From a virus (lineage: Duplodnaviria; Caudoviricetes), in the IMG/VR virus record IMGVR_UViG_3300022602_000137, positions 1 through 52,385 of that record: 52,385 nt of DNA; one strand, 5' to 3'. A model generated the notes under the pieces. It searched no databases. It was not told where the DNA came from and saw only the letters and a program-made list of their open reading frames with translations. The position numbers and the translations under genes are program-made. Numbering within the stretch: position 1 is the stretch's first letter; each line of letters starts with the position of its first letter. Positions 26,149-36,108 of the stretch are shown here, in pieces.

Positions 26149-28452
26149 TTACTTAGCTGGTGCTGTTGTTGGTGCTGTTGTTACTTTTGGTGGCGTATAT
26201 GCTGGATCGCGCTGTGATACATTGTCCCATGGGCCACCCAATGAAGTATCAGCCGCTTCGGGCGGAGTACATTTCATGTTAGTAATTGCTGTTTGTGCTT
26301 CCTTAACTGCTCTTGCTACAGCTGGATCATTCGCAGCCATTGGAGTTAGTGCGTCAATTTCAGCTTTGATCTTTTGAACTAAGTCCATTTGTTCTGCTGT
26401 ACATACCGCAGGTTTTTCTTCAGCAGGTGTTTCTGGTGTAGTTGGACCTGCTGGAGGTTGAGTACCTTGAGCTGGACCGCCACTAGTAGGAGTATCATCA
26501 CCGTCTAGTGCAGCTGTAACACCTGCGCCTATTACACCGCCAGTAATTAAACCAATAGCCATTGCTTTCTTAGGATTAGCTTTGATCCAAGCCGCTACTC
26601 CGCCTTTACCGCCGGCCTTTTTAACTGCGTCAAACTCACGCATGATAGCTTTATATTCTGGACTTGCTGGATCTAGTGTACCTGCTCTGGCGGCAAATTT
26701 ACCTGTACCACCGTTGCCTGTTTCACGAACCCACTTAGTACCATTCCATTTAAAGTTAACACCCTTCATTGGACCAGTTTTAACTGTTCTAATAGCACCT
26801 TTTGGAACTTTAGGAATTGCTTTACCTAGTTTAGGTACTAGTTTAGCACCACCTTTAAATAATGTATCCCAGAAACCTTCTTCAAGTGTACCTTCATCTA
26901 ACTGTGTAAGCATATTGCGTAGACTAGCAATTTGTTCTGCTACAGTAGCAGGTTGCTGTTGAGTACCACCTGACATTTCTAATCCCATGGCAGCTAATGT
27001 TTCTGGATCTGGTTCACCACTTGGTACTAGACCGTTTTCTTCTTGCCATTTAGCAATAGCGGCCTGTGTTCTTGGACCAGGTACTCCGTCGAGATCTTTA
27101 CCAACCATTCCTACTTTTGCTTGAATCGCCTGGACATCTGGGTTGCCGTTTGGTGCTTTGAATGTTGCTAGGTCTGCCTTGCTTCTTAACAAGTCAGCAC
27201 CTTTTTGTAATAATAAATTGCCACCGATCATTGCGCCGTATTTTGCGCCAGTTTGTAGTGCAGCTCCAGCGCCTAGTTTAGCGGCACCACGTGCAGCCAA
27301 GTTACCAACACCTGAACCTGGAACAATCATACTACTACCAACTGCTCCAGCAAGATTACCACCGCCATATAACCATGGGCTACGTTCTTGTGCGGCTTTG
27401 TCTGCTTGTTGTTCTTTGTCTAGCTCGTCTTTGTATTTTGTGCCTTTGACTAGGCTCTTAACTCCAGCATTGATATTATTACCAAATCCTAGTGTAGCAC
27501 CTTGTTCAATACCACGTGCTGTATCACCTACATCACCTTTAAATTGATCCCAACTATATTCTACAAGTGTTCCATCGACGTCGCGGAAGTAACGGGTATC
27601 TTCTGCGGTATAACCAAAACTTTCCATCAACGCATCAGACATGCTAGTTGATTCGGCAATCTTTTCAATAATAAATGGTTTTTCACTTTCACTAATAACT
27701 TGTCCGGTGCCGTCTTCACTTACGATAACCCATTCACCAGTTTCGTCTTTGATTAATTTTTTACTAGCATTTTCTACACCTTCTGGAGTACCAAGTCGAT
27801 AACCAGTAACACCACCGCCTACAGCACCTAGACCAGCGCCAATTGGGCCACCAAGTGCTAGTCCACCTAAACCGCCTGCGGCAGCTCCGATAGCGGCATC
27901 TGACCAACGATGGTCACTATTATTAGTTTTAACAGGTTGTGTAGCAGGAGGTTGAGTGCCTTGATTAGGTTTCTTAGGATCTGTTTTAGCATCTGGTTTT
28001 GCAGCAGTAGCAGGAGTTGCTTTAGCTAACTGGTCTACTAGACCGTATAGTGTTTTTAAATGTTCTTGTTTAAATTCGATGTCGTCTTGTGATTTATTAT
28101 AAGCGTCACTAGATTGACGAATCGACTGATCATATTTGTCACCACTTACACCTGTAAGACTACCAAGGAAAGATGAACTATGAGAATTAGGAGGAATTAA
28201 CCCGCTTGCTTGTAATTGGGCATCAACTGCGGCACTAGGAACACTACCGCGACTAGCTCTGTTGTCAACAAACTCGCCGTCGATCGGATCATATAATCCT
28301 GGCAATTTATTGTCATTGGCTAATTTTGCTAATGTAATAGCACGAGATTTTGGATCAGGATCGTTTCCTACCGCGGCCTTAACATCTTTTAAACGAAATT
28401 CGTTAAGTTGTTCGATAGTTTCTAGTTTGTTTATTAAATCTCTGATATTCAT
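26149..28452 (-). CDS. putative internal virion/ejection protein with glycine zipper and peptidoglycan-binding domain
   Basis: Gly-zipper GAAAGGLGGLALGGPIGAGLGAVGGG; PG_binding_1-like VQAIQ...DGVPGPRTQAAIAKWQ..NGL..SGE.D.ETL; start MNIRDLI. Confidence 0.65.
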   Translation of the reverse strand: MNIRDLINKLETIEQLNEFRLKDVKAAVGNDPDPKSRAITLAKLANDNKLPGLYDPIDGEFVDNRASRGSVPSAAVDAQLQASGLIPPNSHSSSFLGSLTGVSGDKYDQSIRQSSDAYNKSQDDIEFKQEHLKTLYGLVDQLAKATPATAAKPDAKTDPKKPNQGTQPPATQPVKTNNSDHRWSDAAIGAAAGGLGGLALGGPIGAGLGAVGGGVTGYRLGTPEGVENASKKLIKDETGEWVIVSEDGTGQVISESEKPFIIEKIAESTSMSDALMESFGYTAEDTRYFRDVDGTLVEYSWDQFKGDVGDTARGIEQGATLGFGNNINAGVKSLVKGTKYKDELDKEQQADKAAQERSPWLYGGGNLAGAVGSSMIVPGSGVGNLAARGAAKLGAGAALQTGAKYGAMIGGNLLLQKGADLLRSKADLATFKAPNGNPDVQAIQAKVGMVGKDLDGVPGPRTQAAIAKWQEENGLVPSGEPDPETLAAMGLEMSGGTQQQPATVAEQIASLRNMLTQLDEGTLEEGFWDTLFKGGAKLVPKLGKAIPKVPKGAIRTVKTGPMKGVNFKWNGTKWVRETGNGGTGKFAARAGTLDPASPEYKAIMREFDAVKKAGGKGGVAAWIKANPKKAMAIGLITGGVIGAGVTAALDGDDTPTSGGPAQGTQPPAGPTTPETPAEEKPAVCTAEQMDLVQKIKAEIDALTPMAANDPAVARAVKEAQTAITNMKCTPPEAADTSLGGPWDNVSQRDPAYTPPKVTTAPTTAPAK

Positions 28453-28478
28453 AATCTTTTCCCGTGACACTATATTTA

Positions 28479-30446
28479 TTATCCAATATGTTTGTTAATA
28501 CCGCGACTTTGAACGCCGCCTGCTTTACGTTTTTTAACTAGCTCATTAATAGCATGACGTATTTGTTCTAGGTTTTGTTCTAGGCCCATAAACATTCCGC
28601 CCTTGGCTAGTTGTGTAATTCTTTCCCAGGCTAGTAAATCATCCGATTCTGCCATTTGTGCTAGTTCTTTTAATTGAGCACGAGCACGTATAATGCGATC
28701 TCGTAGTGTGGCAGGATTAGCCTGTTGATGCCCATGTATTAATGGATTGTTTGGCTCAGCTGGATCCATAGCAATTGGTGCTTCATCTACTGGTTGAGTT
28801 CCACTAAATCCTGCTCCTGGTTTAAATCCTATACTGTGTCCTGGTACTGTATGCTCACTTAAGGTAAACTTAGACAATTCAAATAGTGTACCTTGTTGCG
28901 GCTCTGGAGCAGGCAAAGGCAAATCTAATTGTTTTGCTTTTTGTGCTGTAGCCTTAGCGATATTTGGATTAACTACTTTTGGAGGACGAGCTGTTGAATT
29001 AACCGTGGCAATAAACGCATCTAATCTTTCTTTATTAGGTAGGGTATTATTAATAAAATCTTGTTTAATAGCAGGATGTTTGCCAACAGTTTTAACTATT
29101 TTATTAACAGTAGCTCTTGATAATACAGTCTTAACACCATTGCCATAATCTAATACAAGATTAGGCATTCTAATGTCTGCTAGAAAATTACCAATTTGGT
29201 GAGCAAACTTTTCACCTACATGTTCTCCAGCTCGAAATGCTGTACCGGCAACAGTACTGGCTAAACTTTCTAATTTAACTAGAGGTTTGGCTGGAGTTTT
29301 TGCTCTATTAATTACAGTCTGTGTAGTAGGTAGTATTTCGCCAACATCATCGTCGGATTTTTCAGCAGACACAGCACTTTTAGCATTTTGAAAATCTCCG
29401 TAACCCCACTTTTGTGCTAATTGTTGTGAAGTTGCGGCAACTTTTTTAGGATTAAGTTTTTGTTGCTGTTGTAATGGCGCAGTCATAGATGGATTATATC
29501 TTGGATCAGCAATAGCTAAGTGTCCAGCAGGTGCTTGAGTTGTAGTATGTTTTTGTACTTGTGGTGCAGCAACTGGAGCACGACGAACTGGAGCAACAGT
29601 CGCTGGTTTTTTAACAGCAGTTTTTTCAGGAGCCTTTGCTACTGTTTTAGGTTCATCTTTAGCTACTACTGTTTTTTCTTCATCATGATCTTTATGGTCG
29701 TGATCTTTAGTACGTTCGATTTCTGCTCTTTGTGCTTTACTATCTTTGTCAATTTCTTGTGAAATTAGTGCAGCTTCTTGATCGCTTATTTCGCCCGATG
29801 CTACTTTAGCAGTAAGTTCAGCAAATCGATCATTTGTGTCATCTAACACTCTTTGTAGTCTAGATAGAGTATGCTGTAGTTTACGTTCTCTTTCTTGTTG
29901 TTGTTCGATTGTATGTTGCTGTCTTTGAGCAGTATCGGCCATTGAAGCCGCGGCAGTTACAGCCGCTTCGAAATCGTTTTTAGCTCCAGAACCGGCACCT
30001 TGTTTTGCTTTATCTAAAAAACGTATTACATTAACATTATCGCCAGTGTAATTAAGAGCAGAATTTTTAGGACTATCGTCTTGTTGAGCAGTGGGTGAAG
30101 TTTGTGGAGTTTCACGTGCTTCTTTCATTAACACACGTTCAGCAATAGTTTGACTATACTGTTTAATTAACTGACGTTTTTGATCTTGTTTGAGCGCAAT
30201 CTCTTCAGCAGTTTGTTCTTCAACTTCACGGAAGAATTTACGAACACTAGTTTTAATATTCGTTTTATTTTCTAATTTAGCTGGAGTAGACTGATAGTGT
30301 TGCATTGCCATTTGAACTGGCAATGTTACTTTGTGTGGACTGGCGCCTTCGTTGATAATCGACACAAATTTCTTCATGTCACTGGCGCCTTCTACAGGCT
30401 TAGAGGCAACGCCATCCATTGCCTGTAGTATGCGCTTCATGTCCAT
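28479..30446 (-). CDS. putative internal head protein (coiled-coil, low complexity)
   Basis: 655 aa, many [ILV]-x-E sites between modules. Confidence 0.5.
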   Translation of the reverse strand: MDMKRILQAMDGVASKPVEGASDMKKFVSIINEGASPHKVTLPVQMAMQHYQSTPAKLENKTNIKTSVRKFFREVEEQTAEEIALKQDQKRQLIKQYSQTIAERVLMKEARETPQTSPTAQQDDSPKNSALNYTGDNVNVIRFLDKAKQGAGSGAKNDFEAAVTAAASMADTAQRQQHTIEQQQERERKLQHTLSRLQRVLDDTNDRFAELTAKVASGEISDQEAALISQEIDKDSKAQRAEIERTKDHDHKDHDEEKTVVAKDEPKTVAKAPEKTAVKKPATVAPVRRAPVAAPQVQKHTTTQAPAGHLAIADPRYNPSMTAPLQQQQKLNPKKVAATSQQLAQKWGYGDFQNAKSAVSAEKSDDDVGEILPTTQTVINRAKTPAKPLVKLESLASTVAGTAFRAGEHVGEKFAHQIGNFLADIRMPNLVLDYGNGVKTVLSRATVNKIVKTVGKHPAIKQDFINNTLPNKERLDAFIATVNSTARPPKVVNPNIAKATAQKAKQLDLPLPAPEPQQGTLFELSKFTLSEHTVPGHSIGFKPGAGFSGTQPVDEAPIAMDPAEPNNPLIHGHQQANPATLRDRIIRARAQLKELAQMAESDDLLAWERITQLAKGGMFMGLEQNLEQIRHAINELVKKRKAGGVQSRGINKHIG

Positions 30447-30450
30447 GGGT

Positions 30451-31788
30451 TTATCCCAATAAACGTTTTAGGTTAGACTTAAATTGGCTAACTTCTGCTG
30501 ACTCTTTAACTGTTTCTTTCTTAGCGGCCTTGATAGCCTTATCTACAGAACCAGCGTGTTCGTCCTTGCCAGACTCAATCTTACCATCGCCGTCATAATC
30601 TTTTTTAGCCATCTTCTCTGCCTTTTCAGCAACGTAAGCAGTAGTTTCTTTGATGTTCTTCCACATAGCGGCAGCGGCGATCTTCTCACCTTTCTTACCA
30701 CCACCAGCAGCCTTAGCTACTTTGTCAAAGCTCTTACCTGGCTTACCAATGTCGCCACCTGCCTTAGCTTTTTTAACTACAGCAGACTTTTTCTCTTTGC
30801 TTAGACCAGCTGATGGTTTGCTTTCCTCAACCTTGCCGTGTACTGGGCATTTAGCTTTGCTCTTTTCTTCACAGCAACATTTGCCTTTTGACTCGTCTGT
30901 TTTCTTACGATTATCAAACTTTTCGCCACCTTCCATACCCCAAGTACCTGTCTTAGATTTCTTTTGGTGTGGAGCTTCTTTTTTCTTTTCATCAGCTGAT
31001 TTTGATTTAGCATGACTCTTCTTGCCATCACCGCCATCGTGCTCGTCGCTAAATGTGCTTGATTTACGAGTATAACGTGTACCAGTTGAAGTTTTTTGTA
31101 CATTAAACTTACTTGGTGTATCTTGATCTCCGCCGCGTTCGCCATCAAAATTTTCAGCAGTCATTTCTGGTTCTTCACCGTCCATGTGCTGATTGTGGAT
31201 CGCTTTAACTGCTTTGCGAAGTTTAGCATATTTTGAAACTTTTTCAGCATGTGCTGGATGTACTGTCATACCAGGAACAGATTTATATCCAGTACCACCG
31301 CATTCGTCACACATTTCATCATGTGGTGCTAGACGATTTTCTTCAACTTTCTTAAGTTTCTCAGCTTGGGCTTTCTTAATTTCTTTAACTTTATCTTTAG
31401 CTTCTGCTAATAGTTCTTTCATTCTCATTTTTTGTCCTTCGCTGAGTGTATCAGCATTGTCTAAATGTTGACCATACTCGCTAAATTTCATTTCATATTC
31501 TAGGTAGTGATAAACGCTAGCAATGTAATCAGCGGCTTTAGTGATTTTAGCTTGTACCCATGCTTCTAATTGATCATCATCATGTAGTTGATCACCTAAT
31601 TTCTTAGAATATGTAGCTAGTTTGAGCAAATCAGCTTTAGCCATCGCTCCTTCTTGATCGATACCGCCATCATGAACACCAATTACTTCACCCTCTGGAG
31701 CAGGAGTTGCTTCAGGTGCTGATGTGTCCATATCTGCGGTTGCTTGTGGGTCCATTGCTGGATCTTGATTATCTAATTCTGCTGGCAT
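30451..31788 (-). CDS. putative internal head/scaffold-like modular protein
   Basis: Start MPAEL after ATAAATA and GGAG; K/E-rich modules, CDECGGTG, DYDGDG. Confidence 0.5.
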   Translation of the reverse strand: MPAELDNQDPAMDPQATADMDTSAPEATPAPEGEVIGVHDGGIDQEGAMAKADLLKLATYSKKLGDQLHDDDQLEAWVQAKITKAADYIASVYHYLEYEMKFSEYGQHLDNADTLSEGQKMRMKELLAEAKDKVKEIKKAQAEKLKKVEENRLAPHDEMCDECGGTGYKSVPGMTVHPAHAEKVSKYAKLRKAVKAIHNQHMDGEEPEMTAENFDGERGGDQDTPSKFNVQKTSTGTRYTRKSSTFSDEHDGGDGKKSHAKSKSADEKKKEAPHQKKSKTGTWGMEGGEKFDNRKKTDESKGKCCCEEKSKAKCPVHGKVEESKPSAGLSKEKKSAVVKKAKAGGDIGKPGKSFDKVAKAAGGGKKGEKIAAAAMWKNIKETTAYVAEKAEKMAKKDYDGDGKIESGKDEHAGSVDKAIKAAKKETVKESAEVSQFKSNLKRLLG

Positions 31789-31816
31789 GTTTATAACTCC
31801 GTTATCATTGTATTTA

Positions 31817-32353
31817 TTATCTTTTAAGGGTAGCACCGCCAAATAAACTAGTGCCTTTAATATCTAATCCGTTTTTAGCTGTTCCATCGCTATTTTTAGG
31901 CTGTACAACCTTAGGCTGAGGTGGCGCTTTAGTGCCTGATCCTGTTGATACACTGCCTGTATAGCTTTTTTTACCACGTGCTTTGCCTGGGCTTAACTGC
32001 GGAGCATCAACTGTGCCAATATTAGCGGCACTAGTAGCGCCTGCTGTAGCATCTTCACCTAGCGATCTAGCTATATGAACTTTCTTTCCATTAGCCGCTA
32101 GTTTTCTAGCTACATTTTCAGCATGACTCTTTGAGCCAAACGTTTTCCATTTGCGTCCGTCAATATGTACATCATGCGGAACATCTGCTTGATATTGGCG
32201 ATGTTTACGAGGATCCCCAGCACCTATTCTATCATGTGCCGCGCTGTATTCCCAAGAATCTTCTCCCTCATCGTGGCCCGGAGCAAGACTCATTCCGCTA
32301 TCATCATAGCCATGTCGATTTTCTGATAATCCTATTAATTCTCTAATTTTCAT
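31817..32353 (-). CDS. putative internal head protein
   Basis: N-terminal MKIRELIGLSE tag. Confidence 0.5.
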   Translation of the reverse strand: MKIRELIGLSENRHGYDDSGMSLAPGHDEGEDSWEYSAAHDRIGAGDPRKHRQYQADVPHDVHIDGRKWKTFGSKSHAENVARKLAANGKKVHIARSLGEDATAGATSAANIGTVDAPQLSPGKARGKKSYTGSVSTGSGTKAPPQPKVVQPKNSDGTAKNGLDIKGTSLFGGATLKR

Positions 32354-32586
32354 TTTCTATTCCTAAAACCAGGACTGTGCGGAACAAACGCTGGTTCACC
32401 GCCCATAAACTTGGGTAAACTAAACCACAATTTAAACCATTCTGGTGTTCCTGGTTGTATGTTTTGTTCACGCATTATCTTTGCTTTCTCTGTACCAGTT
32501 ATACTGATATTACTTCCGCCGTAAGGTTGTAGGCCTTTAAATTCATTAACGCCTGCTAACTTCTTAAGACGTGCTATTTCATCCAT
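32350..32586 (-). CDS. small putative virion protein
   Basis: MDEIARLKKLAGVNE; IQPGTPEWFKLWF. Confidence 0.55.
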   Translation of the reverse strand: MDEIARLKKLAGVNEFKGLQPYGGSNISITGTEKAKIMREQNIQPGTPEWFKLWFSLPKFMGGEPAFVPHSPGFRNRK

Positions 32587-33017
32587 TATTTAAGACTCGC
32601 TCTTAACATCCAGCTATGCTTTTTATGAGCATCTTGACGATCTGCTAGGAAATTACTTAGGCCATGATCTCCGTTCTGTTCTGCCATTTCAAAAGTTACA
32701 CGGAAAATATTGGCCATTTTTTCGCTATCTGCTAACAGTTCTTGAAGCATACCACTCCATTCTGGTACATGGTTTTCATCTTGTACAGTAGTTAACATAC
32801 TAAATTTTTGTAAACTAGCAGGAGTATAGATCTGTAAAGCACGTAAATGCTCAGCAAAAGTATCTATGCTTCCATAAACTTCTTCATAGATGGTTGCGAA
32901 TAACTCGTGTAGTTGGGGGAAAAGTGGACCTTCGACATTCCAATGAAAGTTGTGAGCTTTTAGATAAAAACTAAATTCACTAGCAAACGCTGTTTTAAGT
33001 GCTAAATGATAATCCAT
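32586..33017 (-). CDS. dps: Dps/ferritin-like DNA protection protein
   Basis: KAHNFHWNVEG..F..LH..F, D..AE, HKKHSWML. Confidence 0.93.
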   Translation of the reverse strand: MDYHLALKTAFASEFSFYLKAHNFHWNVEGPLFPQLHELFATIYEEVYGSIDTFAEHLRALQIYTPASLQKFSMLTTVQDENHVPEWSGMLQELLADSEKMANIFRVTFEMAEQNGDHGLSNFLADRQDAHKKHSWMLRASLK

Positions 33018-33018
33018 T

Positions 33019-34056
33019 TTAAATTCCGTACTTGTTTTTCTTAGGTTTAGCTACAGGGCTAATTTTATTAGTGTCTTCTTCTTCAAAAGATCCTTCTTCG
33101 GTTTTCTTAACACTCTTAACACCCATTTGTTTTCTTGCTACATCTAAAATTTCTTCATCACCTTTAGTATAACCAAGTGTTACAAATTGTCCGCCTACTG
33201 GTCCATTAGTAACTGGGGGATAGTGATGGTTATCTGGATCTAAATCGTGTCTAGGACCTGCTCCTGCTAGGATAACACCGAAACGATATGCTGAATACGG
33301 GCTATTGTTATTATCTAATGCTGGCCAGGTTTTCATACCCGGAGTCGCAGATGTCGAATCCGTTGGCATATTAGTATCTTCTTTAAGATCTTTTTGTATA
33401 AATTCTCTAGCTCGCATTTCTCTAACTATCCTATTAGCTTCTTTTATATTTACCGTTTCTGCTACTTCTGATTTTTTAACTTTTTTTGCTTTAACAGGAA
33501 ACTGGTTTAAGTAATGTGCTACAAGATCAAAAAATGAATGATCACCGACTGGCGTATCAGCATCTACTCCAGCCGCTTGACTAAATTCTTCACGGTTGCC
33601 GTTGCGTACAGCATCACGTAATTTAGTAGCAGAACTTAATCTTGGTGTAGCAACGTGTTGTATACTAGCAAATTTAAAATAACCATGTGCGGCTTCTTTG
33701 CCATTGTATTTCTCTAACCCACTAGCTAACCATAATTCGTCTGTACATACTTTTAAATGTGTATGCTCACCGTGTTTTTTATACACTGCTACAGCAAGAC
33801 TGAATACATTTTGTTCGGGAATTACATGACCAGCAACTTCTGGCCAAATTGTAGCCATACATTCTAACTTAACATCATATGGTAATGGATCATCCTTGCC
33901 CTGTGTATTATGGTTAGTACCGATATAGAATGTACCAAATTCTGCAGCAGTTTCCCATGCGGCACGATGTCCCTTATGAGGGGGATTCCAACGACCATAG
34001 CATATGGCTACATTATGACCGGCGTTAGAGCTTTCAAATATTTCACGCAAGTTCAT
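33019..34056 (-). CDS. HIGH-superfamily nucleotidyltransferase (cytidylyl/NMN adenylyltransferase-like) plus unknown C-terminal module
   Basis: GRWNPPHKGH (HxGH), DPL, LSSAT..R; start MNLREIFE. Confidence 0.8.
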   Translation of the reverse strand: MNLREIFESSNAGHNVAICYGRWNPPHKGHRAAWETAAEFGTFYIGTNHNTQGKDDPLPYDVKLECMATIWPEVAGHVIPEQNVFSLAVAVYKKHGEHTHLKVCTDELWLASGLEKYNGKEAAHGYFKFASIQHVATPRLSSATKLRDAVRNGNREEFSQAAGVDADTPVGDHSFFDLVAHYLNQFPVKAKKVKKSEVAETVNIKEANRIVREMRAREFIQKDLKEDTNMPTDSTSATPGMKTWPALDNNNSPYSAYRFGVILAGAGPRHDLDPDNHHYPPVTNGPVGGQFVTLGYTKGDEEILDVARKQMGVKSVKKTEEGSFEEEDTNKISPVAKPKKNKYGI

Positions 34057-36106
34057 GTTTTTTCTCTGGTTCGTGTGGCATTTGTTGTGCCATCTTTGCG
34101 GCAAGTTGTGATTTGAATTCTGGTGTTGTGACTTTAACAGGAGCACCATCATCGCGATGTAGAATTAAACCTTCAATGTTATTGCCTACAACATCTTTGC
34201 CTAGTATGTTTGGATGTTTGAGAATAAAATCAGCTAGTTGATCTTTTACAGTTTGTATTAGGGCTTTAACTTCTTGTTTGTCGGCAGCATCTGCTTTCAT
34301 TCTCGATCCTAATACTTCTTTAGATCTTGAATTTAAACTAGCTACAGGATCAATAATAGCACTAACATCAATCTCACCTGAGAATTTTAATCTATCATCA
34401 ATGAATTTAATATGATCATTACTTTGTTGTAGTAGCTGATCTTTAATTTGTTCACTGTGAGGATGACGAGCACCTGTGCTAGATATAAGAGCATAGTGGG
34501 GAACAATACTTAATAGTTTGCCTAACTTATTATGATCGTATTCTACCGTAACAAATTTAATACCAGTGTCGGTTAATTCCGCCATTGGGTTATACATTAT
34601 TTCACAACTGACTTTTGTGTCGTTTGGTAAATTCTTAACAAAGTCACTAGATGTAATTAAATTATGTATTTCATCATAGTGTATAGCACGTTGTAGCTTT
34701 TCACCCTCAAAACCTTTGCTTAATGCGTGGGCACTGAAAGAACCGTGTGTAAAGATAGGACCACTATGTGAACTTTCAAAGAATGGTCGTCCGCTTGCGT
34801 CTTTACCGAATCGAGCACCAAGGCCGTCTACTTTAAGAGTCATACGAATACCATCTAAACGACCGCCTAGTTGATGTTGAATTTTTTCAACAAACTGAAT
34901 AAACTGTAAGTCGTTCATTTTTTGTAAATGTGCTATACCTTCCCTAGGACTAGCTTTTACATCTTCGTTAATACTTTCACGTACCTTAAATATATTTTGA
35001 TAATAGTTAGCAATCTGTTGATCTATATTATTTTTAGAACTAGCATAGTATCCGCTTAGATCTAAATCTTGCGCCATAGTGTCTAATGCTACTAGTTTTT
35101 CAGCGCGATCTTGATCTGGATTATCCCTGTACATTTGTTGAGCCGCTGGCCCAAATAAAGTATTTAAGAATCCATTAAATATTTTTTCTTTGTGTTGTGT
35201 ATCTAATAAATGATTAGCTAAAGTTAATCCACCTTTGAATGAAGCGAGATGATTAGCTTCGTTACCTTTTGGTGGACGACCAAAAATCATTTCAAACATG
35301 CCTGCGGTGCTATTAGTAAATTCACTGTCTTTAATAGGAATCTCAGTATAGACCTCGTGTGGTCCGTGTTCGCCGTCATCATATGTTTCACCAGTGCTAT
35401 GATACTTAGGACGCATACCATAATCAGCACTGAAAGCAACATCAGTTGCCATCTCATATTTGATACTGCGTGGTTTTTTAATGTAACGAGGTTTAAGAGT
35501 ATTTGTTGTAAATGCTCTCATTAAGTATTTGTGGAATACACCTTTAATGCCTGCTTGTAAATCTTCCCAGCTTGAGCTATGACTAAATTTAGCCCATTCG
35601 GTTGGTTTATCATTTTCGTAATCTACTAATTCTAAATCAATTTGAATTTTGATTGCTGGATTAGGAAATTCCCAAATAGTAATAATTTGATTTCCTGATT
35701 CTTTTGCTCCAACTAGTGTAGCCCCGCCTAATGCTTTTCCTTGTATTTGATTAAGGAAGGCATCGATATTAGGTTTCATATCTTTGTCTAGTTGTGTATC
35801 AATGTCGCCAACTAAAGGTTTAACACGAGTAAATTCTTCATGCGGAATATTTTGATTAAAGAAATGAAAACTACTTCCGCTTAAAAATTCACGTGAGCGC
35901 ATGAGCTCAGGCAACCATAAGGGTTTTTTATATGATGCTTGATAAGCGCCGTTAATGGCAACAAGTAGATTCCAAATAATAGGAGTAATCTCAGCGCGAC
36001 TAATTTGTTTTAGATCGATCTTTTCAGAGCGGTGGCCACCGATAAGGGCATTGCCGCCTTCGAGGATGATACGCTTAGGACTATAAAACAGCTCACGTAA
36101 TAGCAT
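34043..36106 (-). CDS. fusion of Pol-beta-type nucleotidyltransferase and ligase-like (KxDG) nucleotidyltransferase domains
   Basis: N-domain LSGSS, GDID, IQIDL; C-domain TLKVDG, CEIMY, EGLIL, PVKV. Confidence 0.65.
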   Translation of the reverse strand: MLLRELFYSPKRIILEGGNALIGGHRSEKIDLKQISRAEITPIIWNLLVAINGAYQASYKKPLWLPELMRSREFLSGSSFHFFNQNIPHEEFTRVKPLVGDIDTQLDKDMKPNIDAFLNQIQGKALGGATLVGAKESGNQIITIWEFPNPAIKIQIDLELVDYENDKPTEWAKFSHSSSWEDLQAGIKGVFHKYLMRAFTTNTLKPRYIKKPRSIKYEMATDVAFSADYGMRPKYHSTGETYDDGEHGPHEVYTEIPIKDSEFTNSTAGMFEMIFGRPPKGNEANHLASFKGGLTLANHLLDTQHKEKIFNGFLNTLFGPAAQQMYRDNPDQDRAEKLVALDTMAQDLDLSGYYASSKNNIDQQIANYYQNIFKVRESINEDVKASPREGIAHLQKMNDLQFIQFVEKIQHQLGGRLDGIRMTLKVDGLGARFGKDASGRPFFESSHSGPIFTHGSFSAHALSKGFEGEKLQRAIHYDEIHNLITSSDFVKNLPNDTKVSCEIMYNPMAELTDTGIKFVTVEYDHNKLGKLLSIVPHYALISSTGARHPHSEQIKDQLLQQSNDHIKFIDDRLKFSGEIDVSAIIDPVASLNSRSKEVLGSRMKADAADKQEVKALIQTVKDQLADFILKHPNILGKDVVGNNIEGLILHRDDGAPVKVTTPEFKSQLAAKMAQQMPHEPEKKHELA

Positions 36107-36108
36107 GT

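Noticed and set aside
26582-27547. Long plus-strand ORFs antisense to the 773-aa gene, and similar shadow ORFs elsewhere
   Set aside because: Fully nested opposite well-supported genes with no RBS or motifs; expected from codon bias
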